NCBI GenBank assembly: GCA_051294375.1 | Contig: CM119264.1 | Coordinates: 26,063,011-26,127,010 of the forward strand | Direction: 5' to 3' | Length of the DNA: 64,000 bases | Source: Paraspadella gotoi | Taxonomy: Eukaryota; Animalia; Chaetognatha | In this document: positions 1-12,849 of the stretch, piece after piece | Layout: each line of letters opens with the position of its first letter | Numbering within the stretch: the first letter of the stretch is position 1 | Made by a program: the position numbers and the translations under genes | Notes under the pieces: generated by a model | The model's input: only the letters and a program-made list of their open reading frames with translations | What the model was told of the DNA's origin: nothing | The model's database searches: none

Positions 1-686
1 TATGATCCTTTTTGCTTGGATGTGACCAATTTCATTTTCACGCGATTGCTGGACAATGACGAGAGGCGATTTGGCTTCTGTTACGACTTTCTCCATTCGT
101 CATGGCTCGTTTAAGGTTCCAGCCTTTGAATGAGTGACTGAAAAAGCGAAACAGTCATACGGCGGAAGAAATTGGCAGAAAATCTGATTCAAGAAGCATA
201 ATGATAATTGTTATATTTTGTTTTGATTGAGAGAGAAGAATTAATAATGTAAAAGACAAGTAATTTATGTTTTTTCATTTCCTTTGAAAGTTTACGACTT
301 TTAATGCTTAAAAAATTATAGTTTACCCATTGGAAATGGTAAAAGACTAAGACCAAAATAATCTAATTGTCTAAAAGTTTATCTCTCTAAAACCCCGGTC
401 CGATTAACGCTTTGGCAAAGCCTTTATCGCGATATACCCATTCGGATTTGCACTTGGACAATGGGTTTATATCCCGCACCAGACCCAGAATCGGATTAAG
501 ACCATGACAATGGGTTTAAATCCCTCTTAAGACCCCGGTCGGATTAGCACCATGGCGAGATCCTCTCGTCATCGCGTCGTGGGCGTGGAGCCAAGCGCTC
601 GAGAGATGGAGACGCCGACTTGGCATCGATTCAAGTGGATCACAGCTCGGAGAGATTGGCGTCTCCGCGAATTCACGGCTCAAGCA

Positions 687-725
<39 letters not shown>

Positions 726-1299
726 CTCTTCGTCTACTAGTCGTAATTGGCGTAATCATCGTCATCATTGTACTCGTCATCTTTGTCATTGACGCTGTCG
801 TTGTGATTGAAACCGTCGTTCACGTCATCGTCAGGTATACGTCATTGTCGGCGTCATCCTCGTTGTCGTTTTACTTATCTTCGTCGTTATCGTCGTGTAC
901 TCGTCGTCATCATTGTCATCATCTCCGTCGTTGGCTGCGTCGTCGTCCTTGTTGTTGTTGTCGTCGTCGTCTTCATGACTAATGCAATTTTCTATTCGAA
1001 GTTCTTGAGCCAAGTATTTTCGCATAATTGGTGCGAATTGCCAGGGAACTCGGCAAAAAAAAAGGCGAGGATAATTAATGTAATATATCAAGTGTAAGAC
1101 CCATATATTACTTGAACATGGGTTCGTAAAACTTTGCTACGGTGTGAAAAAGTAAAAAGGTGCATGAGGTAATTTAACAAGTAACTAAATCTTTTCAGTC
1201 TCAAAGATTCGGGTTCTTTTTTTGGTCAAAACTTCTTTCACCGTCGATCATCGCTTTTTCATGGCAGTTGATGGATGAATAAAGGAGGAAAGGGGACGG

Positions 1300-1500
1300 A
1301 CCGGAGGAAAGTGGAGGAAAAGAAGAAAAAGGAGAAAAAAGGAGATGAGTAGAAGGAAAAAGTAAAGTGGAGGAAAGGAAGAAAAAGGAGAAAAAAAGGA
1401 GATGAGTAGAAGGAAAAAGGAAAGTGGAGGAAAGGAAGAAAAAGGAGAAAAAAAGGAGATGAATAGAAAAAGTGGGGAAAAGGGAAAGTGGAGGAAAGCG
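1300..1500. repeat. Purine-rich ~54-bp tandem repeat, 3-4 copies
   Basis: Recurrent unit AAAGTGGAGGAAAGGAAGAAAAAGGAGAAAAAAAGGAGATGAGTAGAAGG. Confidence 0.7.
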
Positions 1501-3589
1501 AAGAAAAGGAAAGATGGGGAGGAAAGTGGAGGAAGCGTTAAGAAAATAGGAGAAGAGTAAAAAAATGGAGCAAAGGGAGGAAAAAGGGAGAAGGGGAGCA
1601 AAAGAGGAAAGACGTAGAGAAGAATAGGAAATTGGTGAATGTAAAGACTTTGAAAGGGACGTCAAAAAGAAACGCACCTACAATAGATTCCTTCCTTTTT
1701 CACGTGAAAGCTAACCTATTTTCAGTGCTAAATATGGGAATGATAATATAAAGTATATTCAGACAAAGAAAGATTAAGTAAAAGGAGACAAAGAGATCAA
1801 CTTTGAGGCCCCAACGAAAATAAATAATCGAGAGATGAAAATTTTAAAGGAAAAAAAAAAGAAAGAAAAAAGGAGTGAAGACGAAAAAGAAAAAGAAATG
1901 AAATATTCGCGTGTAATAAAAAGAAATGAGAGAAATACGACGACGGAAAGAAGAAATAAGAGAGGAAGGAAAACGTGCGAAGCGAAGTTTCCGATCGGCT
2001 AATGCGAAATAAAAGAGAATGAGGAAAATGAGCGAAGAGAATTTTCCCGATCGGCTAATGTTAATAGAAAAAAGATTTTGATTGCATATCGAGTGGAGTA
2101 GAAGAAAAAACAGTTTTGGAATCTGTTCTGTGTTTTAAAAGCAAAAAATTCTCTCTTCAAGTGTGGCGAAGTCACTCCTCTTCTCTTNNNNNNNNNNNNN
2201 NNNNNNNNNNNNNNNNNNNNNNNNNNNNNNNNNNNNNNNNNNNNNNNNNNNNNNNNNNNNNNNNNNNNNNNNNNNNNNNNNNNNNNNNNNNNNNNNNNNN
2301 NNNNNNNNNNNNNNNNNNNNNNNNNCTTTTTCTCTCTCTCTCTCTCTCTCTTTCTTTCTTTTCATATATTTTCAAGACTTCTCTCTATTATATTTCCTGT
2401 AATTCCCCCCCATTTTTCCCCTCCTCCCCACCTCCCCTTCTCTCCTCTATTCCGCTTCACAGAAAATGAATTTCTCATTAGATTCGGTCACAGACGAAAA
2501 ACGAATTTCGGGCTCAGATGGCGATCGGGCAGTCGAGCAGACGGGCCGAGTCACCTTTTGGCTGCGAGCGGGCAATCGCGGGTCCAGGGATACAAGTCTC
2601 ACATTTAGCAAATATATAAATAAAAGAGAGAAAGAAAAAAAAAGAAAATATTTATTTTCTCCGGATTTAATCCTCGATTGTTTTTCGCGTCGCGACGGGC
2701 GTCGGCGCGTCGCCGCGTCGGCGGCGGCGGAGGCGGCGGCGGAGGCGCGGATTCGATATCAAATTTATCCAAATAAGTTTTATTTGATAACGAAATATCG
2801 GATCTCGGAAGACGGGAGCCGCGTAGAGTGAGGCGAGAGACGGATAGGGTAAGGTTCTGAGGTAGGATTGGGGAAAGAGTTTCGTATCAAACTAATTTCT
2901 TTTCCGCTTTTTCATTCTCTCGATAACTATTATCAAACCAACCATTTCCTTAAGATTCACATCCACCACACGTTCCTCAATGAAATTAGAAAAATAACTC
3001 GACTTTGGATGGCCTATGGTGGGTGGCCTCCGTCTCTCTTAAAAGACAGTTTTTTTAGCAGTAAACGCAAAGCTTCTATGTATCTAAGGTGCGTGTCTTT
3101 TGCATGCCACCTCTCTAGCGGACAACCCAACCTTCTTACAATTCGCCACTATCTATCCACCATCCATCCACCTCCCAGTCCTTCCATCCACCACAGCCAA
3201 ATTCCTCCGCACCTCGGCCACTTCCACTAACAAGACCAAGATTGCCCATCCTCTCTGGATCCGCGCTTATCATATTTGGCATTTTATGGGCAGAGTAAAC
3301 GTCTCCAATACATCAAAATAGAATCAGGGAAAAAAGGGAAATTTGATAAACAAACAACAAACGTCAACAATAAATAGGCGACAATAAACATCGAGCGTTT
3401 TGCGCGAAGGGCGGCCGAAGGAATAAAAAATAGCAACATAAAGAAGAGGGAGTCGGAGACTGGCCTTTGAAATTTAGAACTTATGTTGCGTTGATTTTAA
3501 CGTTTTAAACTCATAAATCAATGAATATTTAATTACTATTTTTTCCCTTCTATCTCGGGTCACTTTTCCTTCGCCTCGGCAATGACCAA

Positions 3590-3770
3590 ACCACCTCCCC
3601 ATCTCTCAGCTTTCCCCATCACCAACCGCCCCTACCAAACACCTTCCCCTCTCTCCAGCTTTCCCCATCCCCGAACGCCCCCCACACCACACTCCCCCTC
3701 TCTCTCAGCTTTCCCCATCTCCCCAATCGCCACGCCAAACCACCTCCCCTCTCTCCAGTATTTCCCCCAT
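3590..3770. repeat. Degenerate pyrimidine-rich minisatellite just downstream of PIPOX exon 3
   Basis: About four copies of the core CACCTCCCCTCTCTCAGCTTTCCCCATC. Confidence 0.6.
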
Positions 3771-3779
3771 CAAACTCAC

Positions 3780-6298
3780 CGCCCGCAAATCACTCCTCCT
3801 TCTCCATCAACAAAATCGATCACGAATCCCTTATCTTCAGTCTCCGTGTAGAAGCATCCATCATTAGACGACCGGTTCGGTTGGCGTCGATGCCTGGAAG
3901 GCGCCGCCCGATAAAGTCCGACAACATGGCTTTCGTAGGCACACATCGTCCTGGTTCGCGTCGTGGGCGTCCGGGCGTCAGGCGAGACGGGCCACGGCCT
4001 CCGTGGTAGCAGACCTTTTCAGTTTCAGTTGACGAGGCGTTGGGGGAAAAGACGGAGGAGGAAATGGGAAGTAGAGAGGGATTAAGGGAAGATGGGTCAG
4101 GATAGTCGCATAACAGATCGCGGCGAAAANNNNNNNNNNNNNNNNNNNNNNNNNNNNNNNNNNNNNNNNNNNNNNNNNNNNNNNNNNNNNNNNNNNNNNN
4201 NNNNNNNNNNNNNNNNNNNNNNNNNNNNNNNNNNNNNNNNNNNNNNNNNNNNNNNNNNNNNNNNNNNNNNNNNNNNNNNNNNNNNNNNNNNNNNNNNNNN
4301 NNNNNNNNNNNNNNNNNNNNNNNNNNNNNNNNNNNNNNNNNNNNNNNNNNNNNNNNNNNNNNNNNNNNNNNNNNNNNNNNNNNNNNNNNNNNNNNNNNNN
4401 NNNNNNNNNNNNNNNNNNNNNNNNNNNNNNNNNNNNNNNNNNNNNNNNNNNNNNNNNNNNNNNNNNNNNNNNNNNNNNNNNNNNNNNNNNNNNNNNNNNN
4501 NNNNNNNNNNNNNNNNNNNNNNNNNNNNNNNNNNNNNNNNNNNNNGAGAGACAGATAGACAGACAAACAGTAGTCTGACAACAGCCTGATAAACAGAGAC
4601 AGTATAACGTACCAAGAGACTGACGGATGCACGCACAGAAATACAGTCTGGCGGGAAACCACAAGCGTCTGCTTCACTTAGATATATTTAAAAATTATTA
4701 TTATTTTTCGCATTTATTCTCCTGAAAATATGGACCTTGACGCATCCTGGGTATTCGTCTGCCGGGAGTCCGTAAATGATAGGGCGACCGATGGGTGAGC
4801 CTCCGAAATCCACGAAGACCGGGAGACGAGAGAAGTGATAAGGCGAAGGTCGGGGAGAGTGGGCCGCCCTCGCCCCAGATCCCGGCTCGAGTTTCGCTTC
4901 GGATTCCATCCTCGTTTCCGGTTCCATCGCCGGCGCCACATCCGGTTCCATCGCCACTTCCGGTTTTGTCTTCGCGCCAAATTTCGCGTTGGGCGCCGCG
5001 GCATCCGAGGTGGCTCCCGTTTCTTCTTTCCTTTTCCCTTTTTTCTTTTCTTCTCGTTCCTTCCTTTCCTTTTCGTTTTCCTCCGATGAACTTTTTTTTC
5101 TTCTTGTCTCGCCTTCCTCTCGCATCCCATCTCCTACCTCCTCTCACCCTCCCTCCCTTCCTCTTCCAAATAAAAAACTTGAATTCTCAAAGTCGTAGTC
5201 TTTATCGCGACGCCGAGTTTCGCCAACAACTTCGTCGCCCACGGACCCGGCGTCAAAACCGCCTTCTTGGCGCGAAAGACCACGTCGCCCGCCTCGACGT
5301 TGACGACGCCGTTTTGACGCCAGACTCGCGTCACTGGGCTTCCGTCAAGGATCTCGGCCCCGTGACGTCGCGCGGATTCCTGAAGCGCCCGCACCGCGGC
5401 CTGAGAAATCGTGCATGGTTAAAAAATTACAAAATGCAATATTAAACTTTTTCATATTCCGAGCTTGTGTTTAATGTCATAAATTTCCTATTTACATAAT
5501 CGACTATGGACAACCACAGGTCGTGGACATTTGTCGTCTGATACTCCTTGCTCTTTTAAATTAAAGAAAAAATGAATATGATTTAACGGATTTAAGAGCT
5601 GGAATTACAAAAGAAGTGAGTATCTTCTCAAAAATTGAATGTATATTCCCGAGAAAAATATGGTTTTTATAACGTGCCCGAGCAGGAGACATGCCCAAGA
5701 ACATAGTAACAAAAAAAAAGGCTATTCATGCCCGGAAAGATACAGACAAGGGGCTGACGCAATATCTCGCGTCGCTAGAGAAAGACTAAAAACACTATTT
5801 AATTTTTTTGAATAAAGCCTGAACCTGGGCCCTCAGCGTTCCCGACGCCTCGTCCAACAGACCGACGTCGTTCGGCGTAAAATTGACGCCGGGAAATCGC
5901 GCCGCGAGTTGTTCGGCGTCGAGCGGCGTGGCTTCTATGCCGCAACGACGCATGACATCGGCGGCGTCGTCGAGAAACGCCGCTCTCGGATCCCTGGCGT
6001 CGCAAAACATCAAGTAGCCGCATCGAACGAAGATACGCGTCGCCGTTTCTTCCTCCAACTGACGCCACGACTCCAGAGCCGCCTTCGCCATGCGGCAGAG
6101 AAGTGGCTCGAGGTAGTCCACTCGAATGACGCGCGTCTCTCCGTGGGAGCTGCCTCGTCCGTGCAAGAGCGAGAATTGCTCCAACAAGAGGACCCGGGCG
6201 CCGCGTTGGGAGAGAGAGCGCGCCGTCGCGGAGCCCATGACGCCGGCGCCGACGACGATGGTATCGTAGACGGCGTCGATCGGATGGTGTTGAGACAT
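3780..6298 (-). CDS. PIPOX: Peroxisomal sarcosine oxidase / L-pipecolate oxidase-like FAD-dependent oxidase (multi-exon, last exon not located)
   Basis: Exon 1 6298-5825 (MSQHHPIDAVYDTIVVGAGVMGSATA...EQF...RGSSHGETRVIR...LRAQ) carries the Rossmann GxGxxG and the MSOX/PIPOX GSSHG motif and ends at a GT donor. Exon 2 5400-4736 follows an AG acceptor (AAVRALQ...VLTPGPWATKLL...IQVFY, then after a frameshift LPVFVDF...IYGLPADEYPGCVK). Exon 3 4014-3780 reads VCYHGG...LSDFIGRRLPG, then after a frameshift CFYTETEDKGFVID, and ends at a GTGAGT donor. The terminal GFSGHGFK exon was not found. Confidence 0.9.
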
Positions 6299-6669
6299 GA
6301 GGGATCCAATTTGCTTCCAATTTATTTTATTAAATTATTTGATAATCGGTCAGTTTCAGTATTTCGAACAGAAGAGCAAAAAAATAAGAGTAAAGAGTTA
6401 ATCTTTTAAGGTATCATTAATCATTCTGTCCATTGATAGTAATTATAATTGTTGTAGAAAATTGTATGAGCATGATTTTAATTATTTTAACTATACATGG
6501 ATTGATAAGCAATTATATATCTGTGTAATTTGGTACAACTTTGTAAAGAAAGAGGAACCTTTATGAAATTATATATACTATTAATTACCTAAAATCATAA
6601 GGTTTTGTTAATAAAATAATATATAATATAATATAAAATATAAAATAAAGATTAACATAAGAATAAGTA

Positions 6670-6935
6670 TAATTGGTTATTAAATTGCTAACGGCCAATC
6701 ATAAAAAAGAATGGGTTAGATTGACAAATCAGGAGCAAGAATTTAATGTTAGAGATAAAGAGAAAAAGAATTGATAGGATCGCTTGAAGATACAATATTA
6801 GAGACTTTCTAAACCAATCAGGTACGAAGAAAGCTAATTTGTGAGGTTATCAAGTGAGATACTTGAACAGGTTTTGAGGGGTTTCTCTCAAGCTTGTTAG
6901 ATAAGCCAATCAGAAAGCAGGTTATCCAATAAGAA
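6670..6935. promoter_or_regulatory. CCAAT-box cluster upstream of the PIPOX-like start
   Basis: GGCCAATC (~6693), AACCAATCAG (~6812), AGCCAATCAG (~6905), TCCAATAAG (~6925) and ATTGG (~6672) lie within 270 bp, 370-640 bp upstream of the minus-strand ATG at 6298. They match the NF-Y consensus. Confidence 0.35.
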
Positions 6936-7452
6936 TGCAAGTAGTGATATAAAAAATTGCATCCGTATAAAAAAGATAAAATTAATAAATCCTTAATTAG
7001 TTACAGCCTTTGCTGCTGGCGATTTTTAAACGGGACGACGCTTCAATTCGACGGGGGAAACTGCGATTGCCGGATCGCCTTGATGTTTAACCTGAACGTG
7101 CTTCCGGCGACGCAGGAGGAAGAAAGGGGGCTACGTGCTGATGCACCCAGTATAGTATAAAGTTATAAAAACTCCTGACTCTACCGACACCAACGGGTGA
7201 ACCCGGGCTTCTAGGATATTCAACCCAACATACAATTCTAGAACAATAATGTTCAATGTTGTCTCTAGAAAAGAATTTGCTAATTAAATCACGATAGTTA
7301 TGGCGGTGTGGCTAAATAAAAGCTTTCGGGTCATTTTGAACTCATCAGGAATTTAACTGTGCCTGTCTACAAGGAAAGAACGAACATAAGCAAGTGTTGA
7401 AAGAGAGAAGAAAGAAGAGAGAGAAAGAGAGAGAGAGAGGAGAAGAGAGAGA

Positions 7453-7498
<46 letters not shown>

Positions 7499-8168
7499 CC
7501 TTTTCTGAAATAGAAGAACAAACATATTCAACGTTTAAAACGACCCTATATCGAGACAAAACATTAACGTTGCTTTTGCTTCAATCAAAAAAAGCATAAT
7601 AATAAAGAATTTCAAAACAAATAATATTCGTCTGAAAAGCTAATAGAGAGTACTATACGAACATTTATCAGATTTTGAAAATTATTAAGATCATTAAAGT
7701 AATGATTTTTTAAAGATTTGTCCTCGATATAGGGTCCCACCCCTCTAACTGTTTTTATTGCCCACTCTCCAATTTACTTCAGTTTTGAAAAGATAGCACA
7801 CTTTTATCGACGAACGGTTTCAGCGATTTAAGTTATATCCAATATAATTATGAAATAAAACGCCGTTTTTTACTCGAGATTTTCGAGAAAAATTGTTTAG
7901 AAAAATGAGGCATAATTTCGTTTAATTTTTTTCATTCTGTCGTTGTGTTTCGTTCGCCGAAGCTTTGATGATCAAAGTTATCGTCTTTTTACTTTGTTAT
8001 TTCAGTTTATTAGGTTTATTTCTTTTATTTCATTTCATTTTATTTTGATCCAAAGAAAAAAATCAGAAATTCCTTTCGTTTTTTACGAGCGAACCGGGAG
8101 GGAGTGAGAGGACAAAGGAGAAGAGAGAGAGAGCAGAGAGAGAGAGAGCAGAGAGAAGAGAGAGAGAT

Positions 8169-8220
<52 letters not shown>

Positions 8221-8661
8221 ACGAAGTGAAAATAAAACTACAATAAAAATATTAAGTGGAAAAAAAGAAGAAAAGAAATTGGTCGTGATCATTAAATAAT
8301 ATTTTTAAAATAATAAATTCGCTAATTTTTGTAAGACAGAAAATAGATGAACGAAAATGGATTGATTAAGATTAAAGATTAATTAGATTCAGTCAGTCAG
8401 TCCACATAGTCCATCGCTTCATCGCTTTCCGGCGATTCTTCTCGGCTTCTTCTTCTTCTCCGCTTTTTTTTTACCGCGGATTTTCCGCTTCGCCTTCCGG
8501 CCATTTCCGGAGATTCTCCGGCGCGGCCCGAAGCGAACTTGAATTCGACCTTTTCGATCACGGCGCGAAAATTATGAGAGAAAGAATAATCGAGACATGG
8601 AAATAAATGATTAAACACGCAAGAGAAACATGATTTGTAATAATGATTTTAATACATACTA

Positions 8662-11644
8662 CACCGGTTCCTTTTTACATCGATTTACTCGGCACATGGA
8701 GTGCACAGGAGAATGAGATGTCCGGGATACGTTTCCGGATCCTTTGGGCTACACAAAAAAAGGGTATCAAATTTGTCCTAATGACAGTTTTTTTATAAAT
8801 TAAATAATTAAAATTAGCTAATATAAAATCAATAAGTAGAATAAAAAAAATTTAATAAAATGGTTTTTAAATTTTTTTAAAAATGAAATATAATGCATCA
8901 TCTCATAATCTATGAACAATTTTTATTTCGTTTGAAGTCCATAACCCATTATTCTTCTTTAATAGTTTTAATTTGTAATTAATTTTTCTTTATAAAATAT
9001 TTTTTTAATTTTTTTTCAATAATTTAAATTAAAAAATTATAACTATGCCAATGATGAAGAAAAATTATATTATAAGGGTTACTACCTAATATGGCCTTCA
9101 ATACATATATACGTAAAGTTTTATTATATAATGATGTTTGACATGAAAATAAATATTTATAAAATTAAATATATGAAAAAATTTTAACTTTGATTTTTTT
9201 TAGCATATAAACATAATTATTAATTAATTGCGTTCATGATGCTTTTAATAGCTATGGTCAGTTGTATCATTCTCATTATATAATTTTATAACTTTTTTAT
9301 TTTAGTAAATACTGACTGCTATATTTACTTACTTTGACAAAATCAAAAATTCACTTGGTATAAAATTATGGTATGAAACAGGAAAATTTTTTCAAATCAC
9401 ATGCTATTTATTGTTTGAACTGATATAAATATCTTATCCTTGACAAAATTTAAAAAGTTTTAAAACAATCAACTAGACTTTTTAAGGTTGTCAAATGTAT
9501 AAATAATTGATAATTCGGACTGCATTTGTAGGTTTAACTTAATTCAGTAGCTCTTTTAGTTATATGAAGAAAAGCAGTATATTTAACAGTTTTTTTATTT
9601 GGAGTGGGATCAAAGTACTAACACATATTAAATCAGTATATTTGTTAAGTATAGTAGAGTTCCTCTATAGATTTTTATTTTTGAAAACGTTTGTACTTTT
9701 TTTTCTATATTTTTTTGAGCACGCAAAAACGTTTTTTTGAATTACGCGAAAGGAATGTAAAATATTAAAAATAAATAGACAATAGTTAGATCTTCATGTC
9801 TAGAATAGAGAAAAAAAACCTTGTTTAAAATTTGGATCGGAAAGTGGGGTAACTAAGGCTTACCAACGGTATCCTCCATGCTGATCGTTCTCTTTCCTAT
9901 AATGTTTTTTAATTTAATATTTGAAAGGGAAAAAAAAGAAAATTCAGAATTCGGTGGCATAACAAGGGTAGAAAAATCTGTACTAGTGACAGTGATAATA
10001 ATGATCTTTTATGTCTTTGCGTAAGGGGCAGTAAGAAAACCTTAAAAATGCAATCATTAAGTCAGTCAATAAACCTTTTCACGAATTTTTTTTTCTTAAT
10101 TAAAATGGATGATAAATAATAGAATTAAATTCCCTTTCCAATAAAAAGGTTGTTATATTTAACAGAAAATTATCAATATCAATTAACACAATGATGTCTT
10201 GCTTTGTCCAAATTTTCAGCAGTTAAGTAATTTTAAAAATTTTATTATGATAACAACAGTATAGTAAGTTTCTTTGCAGTTAAAGATAATGAAAAAATGA
10301 TTATTTTTTTCACAGACAAGAAGGTAGAGCGTCCAGACTGTTTATATCAAGCTGAAAACATTTTATATTTATCATTTTTTATATTTAAAAAGACATTTTA
10401 TCAAGCTACTCAATACAAATTTTTTTGCTTGTTTTTTTAGCTTTAACTGAAAATAACAAGCAAATTTATAAAGTAGAGAAAAATTTTAATGGCTAATTAA
10501 AATGTAATCTCAGACTTTCCTCTTTTAATTTACAAAAGAAAAACAAAAAATTTTATATGCCTTCATTGAAATTTGTAATGACAAAAAACTGTTAACTTTT
10601 AACTCGTATTTAAATAAAACTGTGTAAAACAGAATTTATGGATAAAATTTACAAACTGTTCTGAAGAAATATGTCCCTGATTAGGGCTTTAATTTGATAC
10701 CACACCTTGCTACTCTTTTTTTTCAAAAGATATTCCAAGAAATAACTTTTTTATTACTTTTTTGCATCTTGCAGTTTTGTTTTTAAACAACCTAACTTTT
10801 GGCCTTAAAATGTTAGTTGGGATTGTTTAACACTTTTTAAATTTTGTCCAACGATAAATATTATACTCAGTTCTCAACAGCATAATAGCTTGTGATTTAA
10901 AAAAAGGTTTTCGTCTGTTTCATACATAATTTTTAATACCAGTAATTTTTGGATTTTGTCAAAAGTAAGTTAATATAGCCAGTCAGTATTACTAAAAATA
11001 GAAAAAAGTTATACAAATTATTATAATTGAGAAATAAACCAACTGAACGCAGCTAAGCTTTAAAAGCATCAATGAACAATTAATTAATAATTATGTTTAT
11101 TTATGCTAAAAAAAATTCAAGTTAAAATTTTTTTCATAGATTTAATTTATAAATTACGTTATTTTCTAATGTCAAAAACATCATCAAATAAACTTTACTA
11201 TATATGTATTTGAAGGCTATATTAGGTAGGTAAGGTCCTTATAATATAATACTTTCTTCAATCATTTGCATAGTTATAATTTTTTTTAATTTAATTATTT
11301 GCAAAAAATAAATATATTTTAATAAAGAAAAATTAATTACAAATAAACTATTAAAGATAGAATAATGGTTATGGACTCACGAAAGTAAATTGTTCCATAG
11401 ATATGGATGATGCTATGATATTTCATTTTTAAAAAAATTTAAAAACCATTTTTACAGAGTTTTTTTTATTCTACTTTATTGATTTTATTAGCTAATTTTA
11501 AATAATTAGATTTATAAAAAACTGTCATTAGGAAAAATTTTGATACCCTTTTTTTTTGTGTAGCCCAAAGGTCCGGAAACCGTATCCCGGACATCTCATC
11601 TTGTGCAGTCTCCATGCCGAGTAATCGATGTAAAAAGGAACGTG
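8662..11644. mobile_element. Non-autonomous foldback-type DNA transposon with ~830 bp terminal inverted repeats
   Basis: Left end CACCGGTTCCTTTTTACATCGATTTACTCGGCA; right end TGCCGAGTAATCGATGTAAAAAGGAACGTG. Inverted similarity extends over about 8662-9487 versus 10803-11644 around an AT-rich, ORF-less ~1.3 kb core. The empty site AATACATAGGAATC is seen at ~20207-20220. Confidence 0.88.
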
Positions 11645-12330
11645 CATAGGAATCGTGATTGGTCAAAATTAGATAAACTAATGTAGTCATAATGTGATGA
11701 TTGGTCACCTGCAAAATGTTACAGATGACATGCCAATAATTAATTTTCAAGAGAGCCAAAATGATTCATAAACTAAGTATACAGTCGATGAATGAACTTA
11801 AAGAAGAATAGAGTAAACGAATTCTAATATCTGTTCTATTCAACAATGTTTAATTCAGCAGAATTTCCATCTATCAAAAATGATTACTTGATTCGCCTAA
11901 CACTAAAATTCATTCAGGAAAGCTTCCGAAATTATTATCATTATTATTTTTGTTTCATTTTTTGTTTTTTTAAACAAATTTTGATTATTTTTATAATTCC
12001 GAAAAAAAAAGCTACTTAACAAGTGATGATTCACTGTGACATCCGTCAACAATCGTTAGGCATCCGCTTCCCGCTAAAGAAACCGCTTCTTCTCTCCGCT
12101 TCTCTGGCCAGCTTCTCCCCGTTCTTGCGTTCTCCCAATCCCAGCTCACCAGCCACCTCCTCACCCCCCGTCCCCCCCTCAACCGCTTTCCCAAGGGGGA
12201 TTCGCTTCCTCGTCGACAGACATCACTTTTTCCCGGCCTTTATGCTTTAATCCTCGAGCCGAAAACGGGACGCGTCTTCTCCCTCTCTCTTTTCTCTCTC
12301 TCTCTCTCTCCTCTTCTCTCTCTCCTCTCT

Positions 12331-12362
<32 letters not shown>

Positions 12363-12818
12363 GCGAAGGGTGACGAGCGCCGATGTTAGGAGGAGAACAG
12401 AGGGTTTTAAAAAGCGGAAGAACGTGTTCCTGGGATAGGAGTAATTTTTATCAAGTTGTCTTGTCGTTGTCTTCGTCGTCCTTGTCACTACGTCTTTGTC
12501 ATTCGTCTTCATCTTCCTCTTCATCGTTGTCAGGCAACGTCGTTACGTCATTATCTTTCGTCAGTCGTCCACCCGATCCTCCTTGGCATAAATAAGAAAA
12601 GAAAAAAAAAAAGAAAAAGAAAAAAAAACTTTTAGATGCGCTAACATTTGGTGCACACCAAATAGCGGATTATGGTGCGATGGCGAAGCACTGCAGGAGT
12701 CAGAAAAGTCTGGGCCGTTGGGGGGGTCTTCTCACCATTGCCATAAAGACGCCGGTAGAGAGCAGCGGAGAGAGAGAAGAGAGAGAGAGAGAGAGATGAG
12801 AGAGAGAGAGCGGAGAGA

Positions 12819-12849
<31 letters not shown>

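Noticed and set aside
3820-4677. Long ORFs spanning N runs (also 25608-26596)
   Set aside because: Their length is an artefact of translating assembly gaps.
5795-6298. Bacterial sarcosine oxidase contamination or recent horizontal transfer
   Set aside because: The gene has GT-AG introns and the YGLP..EYPG segment typical of eukaryotic PIPOX.
8397-8618. Small basic ORF (MAGRRSGKS...KKKRRRRR) as a protamine- or histone-like gene
   Set aside because: The reading frame is not preserved among the three copies of the locus and there is no recognisable homology.
11466-11759. 97-aa ORF (and its copy at 17557-17850) as a transposase
   Set aside because: It straddles the TIR and the flank, is short, and has no DDE or DNA-binding motif.
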